A stretch of 44,016 nt of DNA from a phage. Position 1 is the first letter of the stretch. Each line of letters begins with the position of its first letter. The translations under genes and the position numbers were made by a program. Below are positions 8,419 to 17,748 of the stretch, piece after piece. The notes below the pieces were generated by a model. The model worked only from the letters and a program-made list of their open reading frames with translations, was not told where the DNA came from and did not search any database. The stretch lies in sequence record PZ379180.1; one strand, given 5' to 3'.

Positions 8419-9120
8419 ATGAATCGTTTTTTACGTTATCCGTTCCAGGAAAAAGCTGGGGCAGAAGATAAAGCTGGTGGCGGTGACGCGCCGAAAATGT
8501 TCACCGCTGAAGAAGTTCAGGCGCTGATTGAGAAAGAAGTTGCCGGGCTTAAGGCTAATCAGGAAGCATTGTTGGCGGAGAAGAAAGAAGCCGCTCGCAA
8601 AGCAAAAGAGGCCGAAGAAGAACGGCAGCGCGCGCACCAGGAGGCGTTAAAAGCCGCTGGTAAGATGGATGAGTTCGAAAAGACGATTCGTAGCCAGTAT
8701 GACCCGGTGTTAGCCGAGAAAGACGGTCGCATCTCCAGAATGGCAGAGCGTATCCTCGGCAGCGAACGTAAAGCGGTGCTAGGCTCTTTCGCGGGTGACT
8801 TTATTACCCCAGAAGCAGTGGACATTCTTGCGCCGTTCGTTAAGACTGAGTTCGAAGGCGATGATGTGGTTACTAAGTTTGTTGGTGCAGACGGTAACGT
8901 AATCACGACTGACCCGGAACAGTTCCGCAAATACCTGCGCGAACACAAGGCGTTTTCGCATTTGATCAAAGCAAATGCAGCTTCCGGCGGCGGGGCTTCC
9001 GGTAGCAAAGGCGGCGGGGCCGCACCAGCGTTTAAAGACATGAGTGAAGCAGAGCGTTTAGCCCTGTATAAATCGAACCCTGCCGAATTTGAACGGCAAC
9101 TTAAAGCCCTGAGGAAATAA
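8419..9120 (+). CDS. scaffolding protein
   Basis: Coiled-coil rich (QEALLAEKKEAARKAKEAEEERQ), directly upstream of major capsid gene; ATG 8419 with AGGGGA RBS (track ORF starts 8365). Confidence 0.6.
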   Translation: MNRFLRYPFQEKAGAEDKAGGGDAPKMFTAEEVQALIEKEVAGLKANQEALLAEKKEAARKAKEAEEERQRAHQEALKAAGKMDEFEKTIRSQYDPVLAEKDGRISRMAERILGSERKAVLGSFAGDFITPEAVDILAPFVKTEFEGDDVVTKFVGADGNVITTDPEQFRKYLREHKAFSHLIKANAASGGGASGSKGGGAAPAFKDMSEAERLALYKSNPAEFERQLKALRK

Positions 9121-9122
9121 TA

Positions 9123-10172
9123 ATGGCAATTACCACTATCGGCGATATCGTAACTGGCAACATCCTGGTCCTGGCGTCTTATATGACCGAGGACCCGGTA
9201 GAAAAAACCGCGTTCTTCCAGTCTGGTATTCTGACCCCGACCCCGTACGCTGCCGAGATTGCCCGCGGCCCGTCCAACGTCGCTAATATTCCGTTCTGGA
9301 AAGCGATTGATACCTCTATCGAGCCTAACTACTCGAACGATGTATACCAGGACATCGCCACCCCGCGTAACGTGCAGACCGGTGAGATGATGGCCCGCGT
9401 TGCATACCTGAACGAAGGTTTCGGTCAGGCGGATTTGACTGTCGAACTGACCAGCCAGAACCCGCTGCAATCCGTAGCGTCCCGTCTGGATAACTTCTGG
9501 CAGCGCCAGGCACAACGCCGTCTGATTGCTACCGCGCTCGGTCTGTACAACGACAACGTAGCTGCTAACGATGCTTACCACGAGCAGAACGACATGGTTA
9601 TCGACGTGTCTGCTACTCTGGGCTTCGATGCGGGCGCGTTCATCGACGCTACCCAGACTATGGGTGATGCGCTGATGGGCAACGGCGGTGAAGTGCTGGG
9701 TGCTATCGCGATGCATAGCTTCGTTTATGCGCAGGCACGTAAGCAGCAGCTTATCGACTTCATCCGTGGCGCGGACAACAACACCATGTTCGCCACCTAC
9801 CAGGGCTACCGCGTGATTGTTGACGACAGCATGACCGTAGTCGGCACTGGCCCGACCCGTAAGTTCATCTCCATCATCTTCGGCAACGGCGCTATCGGTT
9901 ACGGTGAAGGTTCTCCGTCCAACCCGCTGGAATACGAGCGCGAAGCGTCCCGCGGCAACGGCGGCGGCGTTGAAACCCTGTGGACCCGTAAGACCTGGTT
10001 GCTACATCCGTTTGGTTACAGCTTCACCAGTGCAGTAATCACTGGCAACGGCACCGAGACTACCCCGCGCTCTGCTTCCTGGCAGGACCTGGCGAACGCC
10101 TCCAACTGGAACCGTGTGGTTGACCGTAAGCACGTACCGATTGCCTTCCTGGTAACTGGTGACGGTGCTTAA
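9123..10172 (+). CDS. major capsid protein
   Basis: 349 aa ORF after scaffold, strong RBS GAGGAAA, followed by strong terminator. Confidence 0.8.
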   Translation: MAITTIGDIVTGNILVLASYMTEDPVEKTAFFQSGILTPTPYAAEIARGPSNVANIPFWKAIDTSIEPNYSNDVYQDIATPRNVQTGEMMARVAYLNEGFGQADLTVELTSQNPLQSVASRLDNFWQRQAQRRLIATALGLYNDNVAANDAYHEQNDMVIDVSATLGFDAGAFIDATQTMGDALMGNGGEVLGAIAMHSFVYAQARKQQLIDFIRGADNNTMFATYQGYRVIVDDSMTVVGTGPTRKFISIIFGNGAIGYGEGSPSNPLEYEREASRGNGGGVETLWTRKTWLLHPFGYSFTSAVITGNGTETTPRSASWQDLANASNWNRVVDRKHVPIAFLVTGDGA

Positions 10173-10188
10173 GGTTAAGATATAATCG

Positions 10189-10212
10189 AGAGGGACTTCG
10201 GTCCCTCTTTTC
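10189..10212 (+). terminator. intrinsic terminator
   Basis: AGAGGGAC-ttcg-GTCCCTCT hairpin followed by TTTTC. Confidence 0.55.
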
Positions 10213-10231
10213 ATTTACTAAGAGGTAAATT

Positions 10232-10531
10232 ATGGCTAAGACCGGAAAAGGCTTGCCTCGCAGCCTTCAGAATGTCGACTTCGGCGACTTTGACATCCCA
10301 GTAACGCCGGCTACTACCAGCGTAGTTGGTGGGGTTAAAAAGTCAGCTACTGTAGCCGCCCCCGCGGCCATTACCGCTGCCGCCGGGTCGCAGTCCGCTG
10401 CGGACCCGACTAAGACCGAGTTCGATGCCCTTGTAGCCGAGTACAACAAACTTCGAACTGATGTAACCGCGCTGCGCACTACCGTAGCAAATCTGTTGAC
10501 TGCGCTTAAAAATGCAGGAACTGTAAGCTAA
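10232..10531 (+). CDS. hypothetical protein (possible head decoration)
   Basis: Ala/Thr-rich 99 aa ORF with AAGAGG RBS. Confidence 0.4.
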   Translation: MAKTGKGLPRSLQNVDFGDFDIPVTPATTSVVGGVKKSATVAAPAAITAAAGSQSAADPTKTEFDALVAEYNKLRTDVTALRTTVANLLTALKNAGTVS

Positions 10532-10543
10532 AGGAGCTTAAAA

Positions 10544-10894
10544 ATGGTTGATGTAATCAAACGTCGTATTACTGGTGTTTCTGATGATTCTCCTGCCGAT
10601 GGTCAGGTTGAAATCGATATGGCGAATATCTCGCCCGCATCTTTTTCTACCGCACTTGCCGCTACCACTACCAAGTCTACGGGGCAGACGATGACTCTTA
10701 CCGTAGCCGTAACTGGCGGTCTGGCCCCGTACACATACCAGTGGTACAAAGATAACAACGCTATCCCAGGCGCTACCGCCGCCACCTACGAGAAAACTTC
10801 GCTCGCTACTACCGATTCCGGTACGTATAAAGTGGTTGTCCACGATGTATATGGTAATATTATCTCCAGCAGCACCGTAGCAACTGTATCTTAA
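10544..10894 (+). CDS. Ig-like domain protein
   Basis: TLTVAVTGGLAPYTYQWYKDNNAI...GTYKVVVHDVYG Ig-like segment; AAGGAG RBS. Confidence 0.5.
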   Translation: MVDVIKRRITGVSDDSPADGQVEIDMANISPASFSTALAATTTKSTGQTMTLTVAVTGGLAPYTYQWYKDNNAIPGATAATYEKTSLATTDSGTYKVVVHDVYGNIISSSTVATVS

Positions 10895-10930
10895 TACCGC
10901 GGCCCTTCGGGGCCGTAATAAGGAAAGGTC

Positions 10931-11110
10931 ATGGCAGATAATTATGTAATCCGCGAAAAGTACACCCACGTTGATATTGTAGACGGTCAGGTGATGCCTG
11001 TTCGCGGTGTGGTAGAAGCGGATGAACTGGTTGCGACTCAACCGGACAACGAAGAAGCGCACAACAACGGCGGTGGTGCTAAGCGTCGTCGCCGTAAATC
11101 AGAGGAATAA
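10931..11110 (+). CDS. hypothetical protein (59 aa)
   Basis: ATG 10931 with AAGGAAAGG RBS, basic C-terminus; below track cutoff. Confidence 0.35.
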   Translation: MADNYVIREKYTHVDIVDGQVMPVRGVVEADELVATQPDNEEAHNNGGGAKRRRRKSEE

Positions 11111-11113
11111 TTT

Positions 11114-11626
11114 ATGCCGCTAATCGTGGAAGACGGGTCGATAGTACCTAACGCCGACAGTTACATTAGTCTGGCTGACGCCCGCGCGTTAGCGGCTAAT
11201 TACGGTCTTGAGTTACCCGCAGACGATACTGCCGCAGAGGTGGCACTGCGCAACGGTGCTACTTATGTCGGGCTTGCAGAACCTCAGATGTGTAGCTACC
11301 GCGTATCCGCCGAGCAGTCCCTGGCGTACCCACGTACGGGAACAACACTAAACGGCTTCACCGTAGCTGATAATGTTATCCCACCGCAGTTAATCCGGGC
11401 GCAGGTAATCGCCGCTGTTACGTATGGAGCGGGCACTGATGTTCGGGCTAACTCCGATGGACGTTCCGTGCAGACCGAGCGTGTAGAGGGTGCGGTAACA
11501 GTTACCTACTTCAACAACGGCAACAGCGGGGCCACAACCGCGATTACCGCCGCTGACGACGCCTTACGCCCGTTACTGTGTGGTGGTCTTAACAACGGCT
11601 TCTCATTTAATGTGTACCGGGGTTAA
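11114..11626 (+). CDS. hypothetical structural protein
   Basis: 170 aa ORF in head-tail joining region, RBS AGAGGAA. Confidence 0.4.
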   Translation: MPLIVEDGSIVPNADSYISLADARALAANYGLELPADDTAAEVALRNGATYVGLAEPQMCSYRVSAEQSLAYPRTGTTLNGFTVADNVIPPQLIRAQVIAAVTYGAGTDVRANSDGRSVQTERVEGAVTVTYFNNGNSGATTAITAADDALRPLLCGGLNNGFSFNVYRG

Positions 11627-11628
11627 AA

Positions 11629-12243
11629 ATGGCGAAGACTAAATCAGAGATATTCACGCTAATCGGTTCCGAGCTACCGGACAACACGACCGGACTTATT
11701 ACGCCTGCGAAGTTGCGCGGGGTATTAACCCAGATGGCTGACTCACCTATTTACGCCACTCCGGGTGTTAAAGAGGTTGAAGTTCTCCGTGCCGCGTCTA
11801 CGGTAACCCAAGCGCCTACCGCGGTAGATACGGCATTGCAGTTAACTTTCGGTGCAGCTCAGGGTAGTGCATCCGACCCGGTAATGATTAATGCTGCGGG
11901 GCTGGTTACATTCAACACCGCCGGTAACTACGCCGTTCGCATCAAGTTACAGGCAGGCCGCACAGGTGCCAGCGGAACGTCAATCCTGCTATCACGTATT
12001 TTAGTAAACGGCGCTCAGTACGGCTCACCTGCCGCCACGAAACTGGTAAGCGCGGACACCACAATCCCGATTGAATCTCGCGTTGTTATTAACCCAACAG
12101 CAGGCCAGACGTTTGCCGTTCAGATTATGCGGGATAGCGTCGGAACTAACTTCGGTGGTGTATACCCGCAAGCGGCTACCGTAACCGCATGGGGTACAGC
12201 CCCGTCCGCGTTGCTGGTTATTTCGAGACTGGAGGCCGCCTGA
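11629..12243 (+). CDS. hypothetical structural protein
   Basis: 204 aa ORF, tightly packed in structural operon. Confidence 0.4.
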   Translation: MAKTKSEIFTLIGSELPDNTTGLITPAKLRGVLTQMADSPIYATPGVKEVEVLRAASTVTQAPTAVDTALQLTFGAAQGSASDPVMINAAGLVTFNTAGNYAVRIKLQAGRTGASGTSILLSRILVNGAQYGSPAATKLVSADTTIPIESRVVINPTAGQTFAVQIMRDSVGTNFGGVYPQAATVTAWGTAPSALLVISRLEAA

Positions 12244-12470
12244 TGAGCACCGCTTTCAGTAAACGTATGCAAGGCGTGGGTACACGCCTGCTAACCAAAT
12301 TCGGCAGCACGGTATCTCTGGTTCGTGCTGGCTCGAAAGTGTGGGATGAAGTTCTCGGTGAGTACGTCTGGTCTGCGGATGAAGTGTTGCCGTTGAAAGC
12401 GGTTCCGGTTCCGGTTAATGCTGGACTGGTAAACGGTTCGACGATTCAGGCGTACCGACATGATTGTTAA
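12243..12470 (+). CDS. head-tail adaptor, N-terminal fragment
   Basis: ATG 12243 (ATGA overlap); frame breaks near 12440-12467. Confidence 0.45.
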   Translation: MSTAFSKRMQGVGTRLLTKFGSTVSLVRAGSKVWDEVLGEYVWSADEVLPLKAVPVPVNAGLVNGSTIQAYRHDC

Positions 12471-12603
12471 AGCCGATTACAGCGTCGTTCCGAAGATGGG
12501 AGACAAGGTTCAGTTTAGCGGCGCGCAATGGTCTATCGTAGCTATCGAGACGAAGATGGTTAACGATGATGTCGTGGCATATTTTATTCAGGTGAGAAAA
12601 TGA
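12460..12603 (+). CDS. head-tail adaptor, C-terminal fragment
   Basis: +1 frame ORF, KMGDKVQFSGAQWSIVAIE resembles the C-terminal motif of head-tail adaptors. Confidence 0.4.
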   Translation: MIVKADYSVVPKMGDKVQFSGAQWSIVAIETKMVNDDVVAYFIQVRK

Positions 12604-12995
12604 GTTTCGCGCTTGATGTCTCTAAGTTCGTGGAAAAGGCGAAGAAGAACCCTGAGAAGGTGATGCGTCAGGTGTCTATCAAGCTGTTTTCCGCTATTAT
12701 AAAGGCGAGTCCGGTAGATACTGGTCGGTTTCGCATGAACTGGATGGCATCTGGTGGTACTCCTGCTTCCGGGATTACGGATGCTACGGATAAATCAGGA
12801 AACACAGCAACCGGAAACGCTACAAGTTTCGTGCTGAAAGCCACCGACTGGCATGAGTTCACGCTGACAAATAACCTGCCGTATGCACAACGGCTGGAGT
12901 ATGGCTGGTCGCAACAGGCCCCGCAAGGATTCGTCAGGACTAACGTGTCCCGCTTCCAGCAACTCATTAACGAAGAAGCTAGCAAGGTGAGATGA
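12600..12995 (+). CDS. head-tail joining protein (HK97 gp10-like)
   Basis: 131 aa, VDTGRFRMNW motif region typical of gp10-like proteins. Confidence 0.5.
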   Translation: MSFALDVSKFVEKAKKNPEKVMRQVSIKLFSAIIKASPVDTGRFRMNWMASGGTPASGITDATDKSGNTATGNATSFVLKATDWHEFTLTNNLPYAQRLEYGWSQQAPQGFVRTNVSRFQQLINEEASKVR

Positions 12996-13408
12996 TGGGC
13001 TACTTTGAGGACTTAACAAAAGCGTTTGATGTGCCGCTGGTAGCCTTCGGAACCACCAACGGCATCAAGGTAGCGCTTGAAAACATCGACGCGCCGACGT
13101 CAACAGATACGCCGTATCTGGCAAGTTACATGTTGCTGGCGGATACCGAGCAGGCTGACTTATTCTTCACGGAACAACGCGCCGGTGTCTATCAGATAGA
13201 CATTAACTACGCATCGGTGAAAGGTAGCGCGCCAATCAATAAAATGGCAGACTTACTTAACACGGCGTTTAAATCAGGTAAGGCATTTTCGCGTAACGAC
13301 ATCTGCGCCGAGGTTCAATCGGTTAGCCTGGGGCCGCTGATTGTAGAAAACGGATGGGCCAAACGACCATTGTCAATTAACTTTATTGCATTCACCAAGA
13401 GGCTGTGA
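12992..13408 (+). CDS. tail completion/terminator protein (putative)
   Basis: 138 aa ORF between gp10-like and major tail genes. Confidence 0.4.
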   Translation: MMGYFEDLTKAFDVPLVAFGTTNGIKVALENIDAPTSTDTPYLASYMLLADTEQADLFFTEQRAGVYQIDINYASVKGSAPINKMADLLNTAFKSGKAFSRNDICAEVQSVSLGPLIVENGWAKRPLSINFIAFTKRL

Positions 13409-14577
13409 ATATGGCTACAACTCCTTTTAAGGGCGCGAATACCGCGCAATTCTATGTGGCGGAAACTACCCTGGGCGTAACACCGGCTAACCCTGTCTGG
13501 TCGCCGTTGCGTAACACTGGCGGTGTTCCTGCCGTAACCCGCGATGCGCTGACTTCCAACGAACTAGACGGCAGCCGTGAAACTACATCCATCCGAACCG
13601 GTAACAAACAGGTTAGCGGGGAGTACGCCATCGAACTTAGCTCTCGTAGCCAGGATGATTTCCTTGCGGGAGCGATGACTTCTACGTGGCAAGCTGGGGT
13701 AGAGATTACTGGCGCCGAAATTACGGTCGCCCCAGCAGGTAAAACATTCACCCGCGCTGCCGGTAGCTTCATTACTGACGGTGTAGAAGTTGGCGACCTT
13801 ATTGCGTTCACCGACTTAACCGGCGACAACGCAAAACCGTTTATCGTGACCGCGGTTTCCGCTCTGGTAGTTACGGGCGCAGGTATTCAGCACACGCTGA
13901 CAGCAGAGAAAGTAACCACTGACGCAAAAACTGGCGACAAGCTGGAAACCAGTAACGCGTGTAAGACGTTCTCCATCCTGACGTGGTTCAAGGGCCAGTG
14001 TGGTAACCCGGACGCGTACATGCTGACCAAAGGTGTGGAAATCTCTGGCTTTACCGTAGAGCAGGCGGTTAACGCCATGGTCACCGGCAGCTTCCCGTTC
14101 ATCGGCCTGAGTCAGGAGATTCTTACCGCGCCGCCGTCTGGCTCTGATTTCTCTCAGGTTACGTTCACCGATGAGCCGTTCTCGTCGGTAGATGTGTCGG
14201 TGTTCGATGGCTCCACGCCGTTGCGTTGCGATACTCTCACCATCACCAACGACAACGGAGCTTCCGCGCAGTTCGAACTCGGTAACAGTAGCGTGGCGTT
14301 CGTCGAACGTGGACGCGCAGCTAACACATTCTCTATCTCTGGCAAGCTGTACGACATGGCGATGATTCAGAAGTTTATCAACGAGCAGCAGGTAGAGATT
14401 AACTCTATTCTGGCAGGGGTAAACGGGGCTATGTCTTTCAGTTTGAAACGTGCAGAGCTTACGGCGGTTACACCTGAGATTGGTGGGCCTGAGTCAATCA
14501 CTCAGTCCATTGAAGGCCAGGCTACCGGCAATCAGTACCAGTCGTCTATCGTAATTCAACGTATCACCTACGCATAA
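13405..14577 (+). CDS. major tail protein
   Basis: 390 aa ORF preceding chaperone/tape-measure genes, followed by terminator. Confidence 0.65.
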   Translation: MNMATTPFKGANTAQFYVAETTLGVTPANPVWSPLRNTGGVPAVTRDALTSNELDGSRETTSIRTGNKQVSGEYAIELSSRSQDDFLAGAMTSTWQAGVEITGAEITVAPAGKTFTRAAGSFITDGVEVGDLIAFTDLTGDNAKPFIVTAVSALVVTGAGIQHTLTAEKVTTDAKTGDKLETSNACKTFSILTWFKGQCGNPDAYMLTKGVEISGFTVEQAVNAMVTGSFPFIGLSQEILTAPPSGSDFSQVTFTDEPFSSVDVSVFDGSTPLRCDTLTITNDNGASAQFELGNSSVAFVERGRAANTFSISGKLYDMAMIQKFINEQQVEINSILAGVNGAMSFSLKRAELTAVTPEIGGPESITQSIEGQATGNQYQSSIVIQRITYA

Positions 14578-14581
14578 AACT

Positions 14582-14605
14582 AAGGCCCCTTTCGGGGCCT
14601 TTTTC
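14582..14605. terminator. intrinsic terminator between convergent genes
   Basis: AAGGCCCC-tttc-GGGGCCTT hairpin followed by TTTTT. Confidence 0.6.
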
Positions 14606-15160
14606 TTACAAACCTAATTTTAAAGCAATGTCTATAACGTTCGATTTAACGTCACCCGGTATGATGTAGGTGTCGTAATCTTTTACACCACTAACATCGT
14701 ACAGATAGCCACGGCTATCGCAGATGAACGTATAGCCGTCACGATGGAGGCGGACGATTCGCACGTCATGCCCCGCGGCGACGATAGGGGCAACTTCACT
14801 GGCGAATCCACCATCGGACACTACAAAAACTTCGTCGCCGTCAGGCAAGTTTTCAGCAAGATACTTACCGAAATAATCATCGCCGAATACCGGTTTAATG
14901 AATTGCTCAGAAATGGCAATCATTAACCGGCGGCGGGACAACCCATTAAGAAAACCCTCGGGTTTTTCTTTCCGCGCCCGGTCGTCGTAGCCGTCGAGAA
15001 ATTCGTGGTAAGCATCCTGGCCTAACGCTGCCAAAGCAATATTGAACATTGGATTCTTGAAACTGGTAGTTCCTTTCGCAAAGCCCATTTCTACCAGCGC
15101 CATAGCAAGCGTGTCTTTCCCGCAACCCGCAGGGCCATTAAGAATAATTACCTTAGCCAT
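14606..15160 (-). CDS. deoxynucleoside monophosphate kinase (T4 gp1-like P-loop kinase)
   Basis: P-loop GPAGCGKDT and following PMFNIALAALG segment recalled as similar to T4 dNMP kinase. Confidence 0.55.
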   Translation of the reverse strand: MAKVIILNGPAGCGKDTLAMALVEMGFAKGTTSFKNPMFNIALAALGQDAYHEFLDGYDDRARKEKPEGFLNGLSRRRLMIAISEQFIKPVFGDDYFGKYLAENLPDGDEVFVVSDGGFASEVAPIVAAGHDVRIVRLHRDGYTFICDSRGYLYDVSGVKDYDTYIIPGDVKSNVIDIALKLGL

Positions 15161-15648
15161 TATTTATCGCTCCCGTGTGGTTTTAAGTGTGTAGAGTTCC
15201 CGTTACAGTCGTATTCGGTAACTGCGTGTGCGGTTATGCCGAGGTCACGGAAATGCTTTATTACCGCTGGAGAGTCGTCGAACGCACACAAGATTCTTTC
15301 CAGTCCGAAAGCACGCAACACCTCTTCTTTAATTACGATGTCTTTTCTGTTGTCGTGTTTGCTGCGCATGATTAGCGTGTCAAACCTAACGTTATTCTCT
15401 CGTAACCATTCGCGAGTCTCCTCCTCAGCGTCATCACTTCGCCCGGTAAGGATAATTATAGTAAGTCCGGAATGCCACAGTACGCTACACAAATGGATAT
15501 TGTCGTATATCGGAGCGTCATCTTTGCAGGCCATGTTAAATGGCTTCCACGCCCACGTTTCTCCGTAGTTATCTTTTGGTAACAGGTGTAAGCGATGGGT
15601 ACCGTCTACCAATGTCCCGTCTAAATCGAAAATTACAATATCTTTCAT
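15160..15648 (-). CDS. HAD-family phosphatase
   Basis: N-terminal FDLDGTLVD motif (DxDGT); start overlaps upstream gene stop. Confidence 0.6.
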   Translation of the reverse strand: MKDIVIFDLDGTLVDGTHRLHLLPKDNYGETWAWKPFNMACKDDAPIYDNIHLCSVLWHSGLTIIILTGRSDDAEEETREWLRENNVRFDTLIMRSKHDNRKDIVIKEEVLRAFGLERILCAFDDSPAVIKHFRDLGITAHAVTEYDCNGNSTHLKPHGSDK

Positions 15649-16775
15649 CCCAGCATCTCCGGTGAAATAGTTAAACGTGCGACCTCGCCATATTCGGCGC
15701 TATAAGTAATTACATTTGCACTGCGGCCCGACATCCATCCGCCGCGAGAGGCGTAGGCGTCTTTAGCCGCTAAGGTGCGGTGTTGCTCAACAATCATGTT
15801 ACGGCTTTCTACAATCTTCTGGTGGTGCAGATGGCCTACGTGGGCGTAGCTGTAAACACTCTCGCCGAACGCTTTACGGAACTTGGCAATCATAACCGGT
15901 TCGATAGCGTCGAATCGTGCTTTATGCCCGTGATGGAAGAACAGCGTCGTTTTGCCGTGTTGCACCATCTTGTAAACATCCGGCGACGTATCGACGAATA
16001 CACGAGGCTCGTTGTCGTACAGTGTGCTGAACATCTCCGCCAGCCAAATCATCCCGGATTCGTCGTGGTTCCCCTGAACTATAAGCAAGCGAACAGTTTT
16101 ATGCTTAACCAGAGCCATATCAACAACACGGCGGACCATGCGAATCATGTAGCGGACAAGTTTCTGGTAACGCGTGTCGGCGTCAAGGACATGACCACTC
16201 GCCGGTGTAACGGTGTCAAGACTATCGAAGTGAGCTAAGTCGCCAAGAAGATTAATAACCCCCGTACCTGCATCCGGTGCTTTCTGAAACGCAGCATCAA
16301 ACCAACGAGAGAATAAGTCCTCCGCGATTTTCATATCCCAGTCGTCGCCGCTCTCGTCAGCCCAGGCTAACATACCGAGATGGAAATCAGATACCGTGTA
16401 AAGATTGAGTAGTTTATCGTCACGTTTGGCTCGTGCCGGTTTAACAGGCGCAACGGGCGTAATCTCTGACTTCATGCCCTCTATTACGGCTTTCATCAAT
16501 TCAACCTGACGTTCGGCATCAGCGTCGGTCTTAACCCATTGCAACTTAGTGTTGCCGAACTCGTCCACCAGGGACGACGTTCCTTTAATCTTGTAACCGT
16601 CTGGTACAAGGTGACTAACGTCGCGCCCGTGGCCTACGCCTTTCTTAGCCAGCTTCGCTTTACGGATTCGGATAACGCGGTCTGAGATTCCGTATTTACG
16701 GGCGATATCGATATTCTTCATCCCGGCGTTCAATTCTTCCTGTAATTGCTCGTCGGTTATTTTCTTCTGGGCCAT
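15645..16775 (-). CDS. calcineurin-like metallophosphoesterase with N-terminal HTH
   Basis: Motifs DFHLG, LLGDLAHFD, QGNHDE, FFHHGH, GHLHH; N-terminal ARKYGISDRVIRIRKAKL; ATG at 16775 with GAGGAAG RBS (track ORF to 16880). Confidence 0.65.
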   Translation of the reverse strand: MAQKKITDEQLQEELNAGMKNIDIARKYGISDRVIRIRKAKLAKKGVGHGRDVSHLVPDGYKIKGTSSLVDEFGNTKLQWVKTDADAERQVELMKAVIEGMKSEITPVAPVKPARAKRDDKLLNLYTVSDFHLGMLAWADESGDDWDMKIAEDLFSRWFDAAFQKAPDAGTGVINLLGDLAHFDSLDTVTPASGHVLDADTRYQKLVRYMIRMVRRVVDMALVKHKTVRLLIVQGNHDESGMIWLAEMFSTLYDNEPRVFVDTSPDVYKMVQHGKTTLFFHHGHKARFDAIEPVMIAKFRKAFGESVYSYAHVGHLHHQKIVESRNMIVEQHRTLAAKDAYASRGGWMSGRSANVITYSAEYGEVARLTISPEMLG

Positions 16776-16813
16776 GCTTACTTCCTCGTGTTTAGGATTT
16801 GTCTTATAGTAGC

Positions 16814-17032
16814 CTACTTCTCTTTCACGTTCGAGTTGCAAGCCCAGATTAAAATGAATACCCACGGCAACAGAATCCACCCGAGAAATAAGTTAGCCAT
16901 GAATATCGCCAGCTTTGCTTTATGGTTACGCATATGTGCCACCAAAAACGGGATAAAATAAACGGCTACAAAAATAATTAAGAAGAACATAGTGATACCG
17001 GTCATAACATAACTCCTGATTTGAGATAACAT
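16814..17032 (-). CDS. superinfection immunity-like small membrane protein
   Basis: 72 aa, two TM helices, YFIPFLVAHMRNHKAKLAIFMANLFLGW recalled as resembling Imm-superinfection family. Confidence 0.45.
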   Translation of the reverse strand: MLSQIRSYVMTGITMFFLIIFVAVYFIPFLVAHMRNHKAKLAIFMANLFLGWILLPWVFILIWACNSNVKEK

Positions 17033-17034
17033 CG

Positions 17035-17063
17035 TTGGTGTAAGTGAATAGTACGCTATTATA
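17035..17063 (+). promoter_or_regulatory. promoter-like element with AATAG-N4-CTATT palindrome
   Basis: TTGGTG-16-TATTAT with palindrome 17047-17060 in spacer; minus strand reads TATAAT at 17058-17063. Confidence 0.45.
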
Positions 17064-17183
17064 TTGGGGAGTGCAAGTAGTGTGCTAGAATAATTTTGCG
17101 CCTAGTGTCGCACACGAAAAGCGGGTGGTTCCCGTCTGGCGCATTTCCTTTAACCAGTAACCTCTTAACCAAAGGATTAAAGA

Positions 17184-17600
17184 ATGAAACTTTCTGATTT
17201 TTATTACGAAGCGGAAGCCGAAAAGGGCGCACGTATGCCGATACCGCTAAAAGACGGTACTGATTCCGGGGAATGGCTTAATGTTGTTTCTCCTGAGGCG
17301 GACGTTGCCGTTAAGGCTATGCGCGCGTTCACCCTTGCATACCGGGCAGTATTAGGGAAATTAAAACCGCTTCGTGATAAGTGCGAAGAGATGAAAGATT
17401 TCTCTGAATACAACCTGAAGATGGAAGACGCGGCGACGGACCTTAACCGTCAGTTAGCGATTGAATTGGTTAACGGGTGGAGCCTTGACGACGAATTCAA
17501 TAAAGAGAATCTGAACACACTCCTGACGCAATATAAACGACTCGCGGAACTTGTTGTTGTGTTTCATAACGAACAACTGCACCAGCTACAGGAAAAGTAG
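17184..17600 (+). CDS. tail assembly chaperone (G-like)
   Basis: 138 aa acidic ORF immediately upstream of tape measure gene; -1 frame open 17570-17767. Confidence 0.5.
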   Translation: MKLSDFYYEAEAEKGARMPIPLKDGTDSGEWLNVVSPEADVAVKAMRAFTLAYRAVLGKLKPLRDKCEEMKDFSEYNLKMEDAATDLNRQLAIELVNGWSLDDEFNKENLNTLLTQYKRLAELVVVFHNEQLHQLQEK

Positions 17601-17748
17601 ACGCGTTGCTCCAGTTCGCCCGTTGGAACTTCATAACCCGCCACAAACGGCGGGAATTTGACAGTATCGCCGATGGGCATAAAGCCGCGCTAATTGCTAT
17701 GGGGGTTATGCAAGACGCGCCGGATGCAACGCAGGCCGCTGGGCCGGA

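Noticed and set aside
8559-9716. 385-aa minus-strand ORF
   Set aside because: Antisense to the scaffold and major capsid genes, low-complexity Ser/Arg-rich translation, no start signals; shadow ORF
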